Shown: positions 14,831 to 24,462 of the stretch, piece by piece
Numbering within the stretch: position 1 is the first letter of the stretch
Layout of the letters: each line of letters begins with the position of its first letter
Assembly (NCBI RefSeq): GCF_009914755.1
Contig: NC_060928.1
Direction: 5' to 3' (one strand)
DNA: 64,000 nucleotides
Source: the human T2T-CHM13v2.0 reference genome, Homo sapiens
Notes under the pieces: generated by a model
Seen by the model: only the letters and a program-made list of their open reading frames with translations
Database searches by the model: none
Told to the model about the DNA's origin: nothing
Position numbers and translations under genes: made by a program

Positions 14831-15653
14831 AATATTGGAGTTTAGAATTTAAAGAGTTTTTAAAAATTAATACATTACAAATAATTACAGGAGAAAAGTT
14901 ATTGTGTAGCCCTCAGTGTCCATCTAAGATCCATAGATGGGGCTTTAATCTCTCAGTGAGAGCTGGTTACATGAAGATAACACTGTTACTGGATACAGAT
15001 ACAGCAAGTTGTATTTCTACTGCTATAAACAAGAAACTCTTGACAATAAAAAATCTTGATATAATCATTGCTACTGCTGCATATAGAAAAGTAATGCAGT
15101 TGTCAATGCCTCATTCAACCATTTCCTCCCTCTCTCCTCCCATCCACTTCTACTAGAAAAAATTTACTCAGTTCTTAGTCTTTCATGCCACTGAGTTCTG
15201 ATTCAATGTGCTGGAGGGTGATTCATAGCCTCACTTTCTATCTTTAAGGGAATCTTGCACAGAGAGTCCAGAGCATCTGTGTAGGGATATTTGCTCTGCC
15301 TTATGGAGACAGAACTTGCCCATTTATAGGTACTGGGGCCTGAGGAATTGTTAAATAGAGAGTTTCATCCTCACAAATGTTGACAAATGTCCATACCTTA
15401 ATGTATCTATGATGGATTTAATTTCAATTTGGTTATGCTAAGACTACATTTCCCAGAATCCTTTTCCTCATATACTTCTGGGTTGCAGTTTACTAAAACT
15501 GAAGTTGAGAAAAACAGGAGGGTTAGGGAAGCAGCAAAAACTATGCTCTATTGGTTACTGGTGCTGAGAGACAGAACTGTAGAACACACAGAAGCAATAA
15601 CCATGAAGAGCCAGCAGCTTTCTGTAGGCTTCTACTCCTTCTCCAGCAGCAAT

Positions 15654-15656
<3 letters not shown>

Positions 15657-15695
<39 letters not shown>

Positions 15696-15980
15696 AGACA
15701 GGGTCTCCCTCTGTCGCTCAGGCTGGAGTGCAGTGGTGCACTCTTGGCTCACTGCAACCTCCCCCTCTCAGGTTCAAGTGATTCTCCTGCTGCAGCCTCC
15801 CAAGTAGCTAGGATTACAGGCACCCACCACCACGCATGCCCGGCTAATTTTTGTATTTTTAGTAGAAATGGGGTTTCACCATGTTGGCCATGCTGTTCTC
15901 GAACTCCTGACCTTAAGTGATCCGCCCACTTCAGCCTTCCAGAGTGCTGGGATTACAGGCTTAAGCCACTGCGCCCGGTC
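15657..15980 (-). mobile_element. AluS with a 38-nt pure poly(T)
   Basis: Full reverse dimer. TSD AGCAATAACT / AGCAATCACT. Confidence 0.96.
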
Positions 15981-18900
15981 AGCAATCACTATTCTAACAG
16001 GGCATTGCTAGCTTCCAGATTTGCAACAAACCCAGGGAAAACTAGTTTAGATGCACCAGGGTGAAAGAATGTTGCATTATCAAATCTAACTAATGCTATG
16101 GCATTCATTGATTAAAAACCTGTTTAATTCTTTTATATTAAATGGTTTATATTTAGTGATAACAAATATTTTTAGTTTTAAAAACAAATTTTCATTCTTA
16201 ACTGAAGTAGTTTAGAAAAAAAATAGGTTAAGAGTTACATTACCATTTGTTAAAGGTAATGAGTTTTAATTTGAAAAATAAAATTCAGACACTTGCTAGT
16301 CTTGACAAAAAGAATAAATAAATATGAAGCATAACATATTTTGAACAAACAATTTCTAAATGAATTCCATTTTGAGAACAATTTTAAGACAATAACCTTT
16401 TGTCCTCTCTAAAAATGGGAGTTGATATTTAAAATATTTAGATGTATCTAATGCATGGAATATGGGAGAATGTTTATTACTGTCTCAATTACAAAAACAC
16501 TATATTAAATTATTGTTTAAGCTGATTATATAAGTAAGTGTAGCCCTTAATTATTTCATTGTTCCTCTGTAGCATCTTTATTACATTCTGAAAATGCAGT
16601 CACAGAATATGACATTTACCTGAGGGCAATGGTTCTATTCCATTTTATGGCTACAGCTTAGGTGTCCAAGAGTGAATATGAGAATCATAAAGCATTTCTC
16701 ACCCAAAAAGGAAGGTCAAATTTATGATCCAGTGTAAATCCTCAATCAATTGGAAATATCAAGAAATATGCTTCTTACATTTTTTAAACCTAAATACAAA
16801 ACAAGACTACAACAAAAGATTAAAATCATTTGGTGAGTTTATATTTTTAATTATAATGTTGGATTTTTTTAAAGAACATGTATGGTCAATAACATTGGTA
16901 TTTTCTGAAACAATTTATTGTTATATTTTCTTAATTATTTTTATTGTGCATATTATTATGACTAACTATTATTCAAGGTTTCATATGATTGAAATATTAA
17001 ACCACTTTGTTTTATTATCTCTTTTAGTTCTACTTGGATGTATAATGTCTCAAGATAGTATTCTGTTATTACTCCAAGTATTATAAAAATGATTTTGAAA
17101 TTATTTTGAAGATTAAAATGGATTTTCACTTAAACACAATAAATAATTACTGTGCAAATACCAAGACAATGTGTTGTAAGGTAAGGTATTGTGAGCATTA
17201 CAAATTTGAATAAGGCACTGCCTTCCCATATTTTCATTTTAATTCATTAATAAAATATCTATAGTTGGTATGCAGTGAGTTTCATCCATACATTATTTTA
17301 ATAACACATGTAAAGCTTTTTGTAACTTAATGTGTTATAAAAGACCTTGAGTTACCCTGTCTCCTAACCCCTTTTTTCCATGATTTAGAATTAAGTATAT
17401 ATCCTTGAAGGAGGTGGTGTGGGGTTAACAAATGGGTAATTTTCTTTTCTTTTGGGAAAAAAACAGTTTGGTTTCATAAAGACAGTGTTTATGTTAAAAG
17501 AAAAAAAATTACGTTGTTTTCTAAATCCATACCATATTTAAATAATATTACTCTATTCCTGAAACATTGGAAAGAAAACGAGCTAAAACTTAATGGCAAA
17601 TATTTCCAAGATAACTTTGTGATGTAGTGCAAATTGTAGGGAGTAGGGGAGACTTAAAATCCAACAAGTACTTGAAATTGAGGTACAAACAGCTAACAAA
17701 ATACAGTCCTTCAGGCTTCAAAACATTGCACACTCTCTGAAATGCCAGAAGCACTATTTATTTCTTCCCTTTTTGCCTTATTGCACACTGTCCCCAGATG
17801 ATGTTGTATGAGGTATAAATTAGACAGTTTATTGAATATACTTTTAGTCCATCTTCTATAACACACAAGGCATCACTTTCAAGATGTCACTTCAGAAGAA
17901 TAAAGGCAGACTAGAGCAATATTTTAAGTCTGGGTAAAAAATGGTTTGGAAAAGTTCAAGTACAATATTGTTGTGATAGCTCAGTAAGATACACAGAACA
18001 CTGAATGCAATTTTAACATGACTATTGAGTCAGTTTTCTGTATTTGCATAAAATCTGCTGTAATAGATGCATTTCACTCATGAAAAATGTGGGGGTTCAG
18101 TCATAAATTTATCCCATTCAGCTTATGCTTTGCCTTTACTATCATCATTATTTCCAAATAATGACTTACACAAATCTCTCCATTTTTGCTGGATCATGGA
18201 GAGAGACAATTAATGGTGAGTGTGGAATAATTCACTTATCTTGTGTATTTGATGATTATAACAAGTCAGACTCTATATACTTTACATTTTTAAGAAAATA
18301 GTGCTAAAGTTACTTTTAGAATGAGTGGGACTTTCCAACTCACATATTCAGTCATAGCAGGTAACACTTACACAGAGATACAGATTATAAGACGAGTATA
18401 TAAATGGCTGTTTCAATTCTAACAAAAGTACCAGGAGTTATATAGTAGTGTCTCTAGTGTTTACAATACTCAGGCAATTGAAAGAAAAAAAGACTTTGTT
18501 TAGTCTAAACTAAAATGTGTTTTGAGAATACATAACTACTTGTAAGTAGGCTTGGATATCTTTTCAGAAAAAGTTAAGACAGATGTAAATAATATGAAAA
18601 GAGAAATGCATATAGATTTTTTAGATGAAAGAGGGGAGCACACAGCATCCCAAATTGTGATATCGTTTTTGCCTAAGCACCAGGGGTTTTAGGGAAAAAG
18701 ACACGTTCAGTGAATAACACCGTGAAATAAATTCATTGAATGTTTGTTTTTAAATTTTTAAAATAAATCCTGAAAGTTTCTAGTGAAGTATACAAAGAAT
18801 ATTGTCTATTCTAAGGCAGCAGAGAGAGCATGCCTGGAACAGAAATTGTCTGCTGACTACGGGGTTCAAGGTTTCTTACTCAACTGTATGGAAGAAATAA

Positions 18901-19163
18901 TCTGACTGGAGAGAAGACTGAGATGAGGAAAGAAATTTCTGAATCAGTACCATGCCTTTTGTTTGTTTGTTTATTTATTTGTTTTTCTTCCTTCTCAGAA
19001 TTACTAAAAGAATAGAATACCAAAAAGGGAACAATGATGGCCGAGTTTCCTCTTAGAGGACAGTACTGATCCATCTGTGTCTTTGCGTATGGTTGTGAAG
19101 GTGATACAGGCCAGGTTTACCATCCATCTGACCCTTCATCATAACAAACAAACCTATGTTCTT

Positions 19164-20131
19164 TGTGGGGAAAAGCAAGAGAGATCAGATTGTTACTGTG
19201 TCTGTGTAGAAAGAAGTAGACATAGGAGACTCCATTTTGTTATGTACTAAGAAAAATTCTTCTGCCTTGAGATTCTGTTAATCTATGACCTTACCCCCAA
19301 CCCCGTGCTCTCTGAAACATGTGCTGTGTCAACTCAGAGTTGAATGGATTAAGGGTGGTGCAAGATGTGCTTTGTTAAACAGATGCTTGAGGGCAGCATT
19401 CTCCTTAAGAGTCATCACCACTCCCTAATCTCAAGTACCCAGGGACACAAAAACTGTGGAAGGCCGCAGGGACCTCTGCCTAGGAAAGCCAGGTATTGTC
19501 CAAGGTTTCTCCCCATGTGATAGTCTGAAATATGGCCTCATGGGAAGGGAAAGACCTGACCGTCCCCCAGCCCGACACCCGTAAAGGGTCTGTGCTGAGG
19601 AGGATTAGTAAAAGAGGAAGGAATGCCTCTTGCAGTTGAGACAAGAGGAAGGCATCTGTCTCCTGCCTGTCCCTGGGCAATGGAATGTCTCGGTATAAAA
19701 CCCGATTGTATGCTCCATCTACTGAGATAGGGAAAAACCGCCTTAGGGCTGGAGGTGGGACCTGCGGGCAGCAATACTGCTTTGTAAAGCATTGAGATAT
19801 TTATGTGTATGCATATCTAAAAGCACAGCACTTAATCCTTTACATTGTCTATGATGCAAAGACCTTTGTTCACGTGTTTGTCTGCTGACCCTCTCCCCAC
19901 AATTGTCTTGTGACCCTGACACATCCCCCTCTTTGAGAAACACCCACAGATGATCAATAAATACTAAGGGAACTCAGAGGCTGGCGGGATCCTCCATATG
20001 CTGAACGCTGGTTCCCCGGGTCCCCTTATTTCTTTCTCTATACTTTGTCTCTGTGTCTTTTTCTTTTCCAAATCTCTCGTCCCACCTTACGAGAAACACC
20101 CACAGGTGTGTAGGGGCAACCCACCCCTACA
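19164..20131 (+). promoter_or_regulatory. HML-2 LTR (LTR5_Hs type), 968 bp
   Basis: TG...CA termini and the canonical 968-bp length. TATAAAA at 19694, ATGCAAAG (OCT4-type motif) at 19854, AATAAA at 19956. Many CpGs are retained. Confidence 0.96.
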
Positions 20132-20133
20132 TC

Positions 20134-20151
20134 TGGTGCCCAACGTGGAGG
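20134..20151 (+). other. Primer-binding site, tRNA-Lys
   Basis: TGGTGCCCAACGTGGAGG lies 2 nt after the LTR end. Confidence 0.92.
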
Positions 20152-20236
20152 CTTTTCTCTAGGGTGAAGGTACGCTCGAGCGTGGTCATTGAGGACAAGT
20201 CGACGAGAGATCCCGAGTACGTCTACAGTCAGCCTT

Positions 20237-20245
20237 ACGGTAAGC
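20237..20245 (+). promoter_or_regulatory. HML-2 major splice donor
   Basis: ACG|GTAAGC in the leader just upstream of the gag ATG, the expected position. Confidence 0.75.
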
Positions 20246-20274
20246 TTGTGCGCTCGGAAGAAGCTAGGGTGATA

Positions 20275-21302
20275 ATGGGGCAAACTAAAAGTAAAATTAA
20301 AAGTAAATATGCCTCTTATCTCAGCTTTATTAAAATTCTTTTAAAAAGAGGGGGAGTTAAAGTATCTACAAAAAATCTAATCAAGCCATTTCAAACAGAA
20401 GAAGATAGCGTTTCAGTTTCTGATGCCCCTGGAAGCTGTATAATAGATTGTAATGAAAAGACAAGGAAAAAAATCCCAGAAAGAAACGGAAAGTTTACAT
20501 TGCGAATATGTAGCAGAGCCGGTAATGGCTCAGTCAACGCAAAATGTTGACTATAATCAATTACAGGAGGTGATATATCCTGAAACGTTAAAATTAGAAG
20601 GAAAAGGTCCAGAATTAGTGGGGCCATCAGAGTCTAAACCACGAGGGCCAAGTCCTCTTCCAGCAGGTCAGGTGCCCGTAACATTACAACCTCAAAAGCA
20701 GGTTAAAGAAAATAAGACCCAACCGCCAGTAGCTTATCAATACTGGCCGCCGGCTGAACTTCAGTATCGGCCACCCCTAGAAAGTCAGTATGGATATCCA
20801 GGAATGCCCCCAGCACCACAGGGCAGGGCGCCATACCCTCAGCCGCCCACTAGGAGACTTAATCCTACGGCACCACCTAGTAGACAGGGTAGTGAATTAC
20901 ATGAAATTATTGATAAATCAAGAAAGGAAGGAGATACTGAGGCATGGCAATTCCCAGTAACGTTAGAACCGATGCCACCTGGAGAAGGAGCCCAAGAGGG
21001 AGAGCCTCCCACAGTTGAGGCCAGATACAAGTCTTTTTCGATAAAAATGCTAAAAGATATGAAAGAGGGAGTAAAACAGTATGGACCCAACTCCCCTTAT
21101 ATGAGGACATTATTAGATTCCATTGCTCATGGACATAGACTCATTCCTTATGATTGGGAGATTCTGGCAAAATCGTCTCTCTTACCCTCTCAATTTTTAC
21201 AATTTAAGACTTGGTGGATTGATGGGGTACAAGAACAGGTCCGAAGAAATAGGGCTGCCAATCCTCCAGTTAACATAGATGCAGATCAACTATTAGGAAT
21301 AG
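20275..21302 (+). pseudogene. gag: HML-2 gag, truncated in capsid, with an in-frame matrix deletion and a +1 frameshift
   Basis: MGQTKSKIKSKYASYLSF... at 20275. NLIK is joined directly to PFQTEED. The A7 run at 20467-20473 shifts the frame. The Gag frame continues to ...IDADQLLGI. Confidence 0.95.
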
Positions 21303-21388
21303 AACAAAATGGAGTCTCCTATGTCTACTTCTTTCTACACAGACACAGTAACAATCTGATCTCTCTTGCTTTTCCCCACATTATATGA
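20453..21388 (+). CDS. gag: 311-aa open frame: Gag SP1/p15 plus capsid N-terminal part, fused to an antisense-U3-encoded tail (translation unproven)
   Basis: ORF track. Contains the PTAP late-domain motif and the CA start PVTLEPMPPG. The C-terminal EQNGVSYVYFFLHRHSNNLISLAFPHII is mostly from the inverted LTR piece. Confidence 0.45.
   Translation: MKRQGKKSQKETESLHCEYVAEPVMAQSTQNVDYNQLQEVIYPETLKLEGKGPELVGPSESKPRGPSPLPAGQVPVTLQPQKQVKENKTQPPVAYQYWPPAELQYRPPLESQYGYPGMPPAPQGRAPYPQPPTRRLNPTAPPSRQGSELHEIIDKSRKEGDTEAWQFPVTLEPMPPGEGAQEGEPPTVEARYKSFSIKMLKDMKEGVKQYGPNSPYMRTLLDSIAHGHRLIPYDWEILAKSSLLPSQFLQFKTWWIDGVQEQVRRNRAANPPVNIDADQLLGIEQNGVSYVYFFLHRHSNNLISLAFPHII
21303..21380 (-). repeat. Inverted copy of LTR nt 1-78 (first copy)
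   Basis: Exact reverse complement of 19164-19241. Confidence 0.97.
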
Positions 21389-21586
21389 GGACATTATTAG
21401 ATTCCATTGCTCATGGACATAGACTCATTCCTTATGATTGGGAGATTCTGGCAAAATCGTCTCTCTTACCCTCTCAATTTTTACAATTTAAGACTTGGTG
21501 GATTGATGGGGTACAAGAACAGGTCCGAAGAAATAGGGCTGCCAATCCTCCAGTTAACATAGATGCAGATCAACTATTAGGAATAG

Positions 21587-21664
21587 AACAAAATGGAGTC
21601 TCCTATGTCTACTTCTTTCTACACAGACACAGTAACAATCTGATCTCTCTTGCTTTTCCCCACA
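21587..21664 (-). repeat. Inverted copy of LTR nt 1-78 (second copy, forms the element end)
   Basis: Exact reverse complement of 19164-19241. Abuts the TSD. Confidence 0.97.
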
Positions 21665-22149
21665 GTTCTTCTTTGAGTGAAAAAATACAGTGCAGGCAGT
21701 TGTAATTGTCTCTCAGTGAAAGGTAGGCACTAGGATACTGAGTTAGATTTACTGAAATGAGTCCTCAGAACAGCACAACATGGAGTATACAAGTCAGACA
21801 TGTCTTCAAAGTTCTGGAAGACATTTCATCAAAAGCAGAAACTTAAACCCAATTTTAATCTGCTTTGTGTCCATTATATTTCCTGTCTGTTGACATGGAC
21901 ATCCTCCTTTTCTCTTGCACCTGACTTATTACAACAAGTCTAGGTCTGAATCAGTTATTCCACCAAGAATCCTAGAAAGGTAGATTTTTGAAATAATCAC
22001 CATCTTTTCAAATTTCAAATATCAAGTCATAGATTTGACAAACTGAATTCAGAGCTCTTTTGAATAAATCCTTATTTTCTGGTTCTTTCATCTCCTGTAA
22101 CCTCAAGTGAAACTTATCCATCAATTTTTCACTTGTGCCTACATCTAAG

Positions 22150-22454
22150 TGTGATGTGCTGTCACTCTTGACTGAATTAAACAATACCTAGAAGACTGGT
22201 AAAGCACTATTTGGGGCTATGTCTGGGATGACGTTTTCAAAGGAAATAATGTGTGAACCTGAAAGACTAGCCTGTTGTAGGACTTCTCAGCCTCCATAAC
22301 TGTGTGAGCCAATTCCCATCATAAATCCCTTCTCATAAATCCTTATCTATCTGTCTATCTGTCTGTCTGTCTATCCATCCATCCATCTATCTATTTACAT
22401 ATATATATATATATATATATATCCTCTTCGTTCTCTCTGGAGAACACTAATACA
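22150..22454 (+). mobile_element. MLT2-type (ERVL) LTR remnant with internal (TCTA/TCTG/TCCA/TA)n microsatellite
   Basis: CCTCCATAACTGTGTGAGCCAATTCC and terminal CTCTGGAGAAC.CTAATACA. Confidence 0.75.
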
Positions 22455-22535
22455 TGAAGTCACTATAATTTGTGGATTTCTGACTCTCTAATATTCCTTT
22501 TAATTAGTCCAATGTATTGTATTTTTAACTCCTAT

Positions 22536-23212
22536 TGAGAGGTGAAGCCAGCTGGACTTCTGGTTCAGGTGGGGACTTGGAGAACTTTTCTGTCTAGCTA
22601 AAGGATTGTAAACGCACCAATCAGCACTCTGTAAAAACGTACCAATCAGCGCTCTGTGTCTAGCTAGAGGATTGTAAATGCAGCAATCAATACTCTGTAA
22701 CAACACCCCAATCAGCACTCTGTAAAATGGATCAATAAGTGGAATGTGGGCAGGGCCAAATAAGGGAATAAAAGCTGGCCACCCCAGCCAGCAGTGGCAA
22801 CCCTTACATGCTGTGGAAGCTTTGTTCTTTCTCTCTTCACAATAAATCTTGCTGCTGCTCACTCTTTGGGTCTGCACTACCTTTATGAGCTGTAACACTC
22901 ACTGCGAAGGTCTACGGCTTCACTCCTGAAGTCAGTGAGACCATGAACTCACTGGGAGGAACAAACAACTCTGGACATGCCACCTTTAAGAGCTGTAACA
23001 CTCACTGTGAAAGTCTGCGGCTTCACTCCTGAAGTCAGCAAGACCATGAACCCACTGGAAGGAAGAAACTCCAGACACATCTGAACATCTAAAGGAACAA
23101 ACTCCAGACACACCATCTTTAAGAACTGTAACACTCACCGCGAGGATCCACAGCTTCATTCTTGAAGTCAGCAAGACCAAGAACCCACCGGAAGGAATAA
23201 ATTCCAGACACA
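22536..23212 (+). promoter_or_regulatory. 5' LTR12-type LTR with tandem CCAAT repeats
   Basis: TGAGAGGTGAAGCCAGCTGG...CCAGACACA. Repeated CACCAATCAGCACTCTG units, AATAAAA at ~22767, AATAAA at 22841, and repeated GTAACACTCAC...GAAGTCAG units in U5. Confidence 0.93.
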
Positions 23213-23215
23213 CTT

Positions 23216-23233
23216 TGGCGACCATGAAGGGAC
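23216..23233 (+). other. Primer-binding site, tRNA-Arg
   Basis: TGGCGACCATGAAGGGAC directly follows the 5' LTR and is near-complementary to a tRNA-Arg 3' end. Confidence 0.85.
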
Positions 23234-24180
23234 TGTCACCAAGCAGTGAGTACCATCAGACCCCTTTCACTTGCTATTCTGTCCTATTTTTCCTTAGAAT
23301 TTGGGGGCTAAATACCAGGCACCTGTTTGCCAGTTAAAAGCGACTAGCACGGCCACCAGACTAAAGACATGGGTGTCAGGCTTTCTGGGAAAGAGCTCTC
23401 TAACAACCCCTGACTCTTCAGAGTTGGGAGCATTAGTTTGCCGGGAACCAGCTTCTGCTTTCCCTGTACTTCTGGGCTGAGCCAAGGGTAGACAGAGAGG
23501 AAAGCCATTCAGCTCCGGGGTCCCAACAACAACTTGGGTGACCCTGTGACCATGAGTGGAACTCTCAAAGTCATGTCACCCAAGCGAGACTCGCTCATCT
23601 ATCCTATCTATCCTGACCCTTGCCTCCTGGGTCCTAATGCCTGTCAGACAAACTTCCTCTCACCTCTCTTCTCTGAGGCTAGTCCCGCTTCCGAAAACCA
23701 CTCCCTGTTTCTGGTGCTTTTCTACTTTCTCCTATAAGAATGATTTCTAGTATAAACTCCAGGACTCTATTCCCTTCATTAGACACCCGGGCTCACTAAT
23801 CACAAAGACATAATTTTTGCCCAAAGTCCCATCGGGGTGGTGGGGACTATCTTATCCGGAATTTTAGGATCCCTCCTCAGACTAGCAGGCCTAACAAAAG
23901 CTATTCCTGGAGCTAGGATACAGGGAGCTTCAGAAATGGTATCCTTCCTATTCAAGTGAGGACAAAAGGTGTCACTCTTCCAACCCTGGAGATCCCTTCC
24001 CTCCCTCAGGGTATGGCTGTCCACTTCATTTTTGGGGTATAACATCTTTATAGGACAGAGGTAAGGTCCCAATACTAACAGGAGAATGCTTAGGACTCTA
24101 AAAGTTTTTTGAGAATGCATCGGTAAGGGCCACTAAATCTGACCTTCCTCAGTCCTCCTTGTGGTCTAGGAGGAAAACTA

Positions 24181-24415
24181 GTGTTTCTGCTGCTGCGTTG
24201 ATGAGTGCAACTCTTCTGATCAGCAGGGTCCAGGGACCATTGCAGGTTCTTAGGCAAGAGGTGTTCCTGCTGCTGTGTTGGTGAGTGCAACTATTCCAAT
24301 CAGCAGGGTCCAGGGACTGTTGTGGGTTCTTGGGTAAGAGGTGTTTCTGCTGCTGCGTTGGTGAGCACAACTATTCTGATCAGTAGGGTCCAGGGACCAT
24401 TGAGGGTTCTTGGGT
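24181..24415 (+). repeat. Three 80-bp tandem repeats in the ERV9 leader
   Basis: Units start GTGTTYCTGCTGCTG at 24181, 24261 and 24341. Each contains ATCAGYAGGGTCCAGGGAC. Confidence 0.9.
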
Positions 24416-24462
24416 GGGGGAGAAACAAACAAACCAAAACTGTGGGCTGTTTTGTCTTTCAG

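Larger units (their letters stand above)
19164..21664 (+). mobile_element. Rearranged HERV-K(HML-2) provirus: LTR-PBS-partial gag-[gag+inverted U3]x2
   Basis: Starts TGTGGGGAAAAGCAAGAGAG and ends with its reverse complement ...CTTGCTTTTCCCCACA. The 6-bp TSD GTTCTT lies at 19158-19163 and 21665-21670. Confidence 0.97.
21097..21664 (+). repeat. Perfect 284-bp tandem duplication (21097-21380, 21381-21664)
   Basis: Both units read identical by eye: 206 bp of gag plus 78 bp of inverted U3. Confidence 0.96.

Noticed and set aside
17900-18420. Repeat-free stretch that might be a conserved enhancer (also ~57850-58300)
   Set aside because: Conservation cannot be judged from one sequence and no specific motif evidence was found.
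19164-21664. A true DNA transposon with 78-bp TIRs
   Set aside because: The inverted repeats are retroviral U3 ends, no transposase is present, and the TSD fits HML-2 integrase.
22610-23200. Regularly spaced repeats resembling a CRISPR-like array
   Set aside because: These are the standard U3 CCAAT and U5 tandem units of LTR12, with no unique spacers, in a eukaryotic context.
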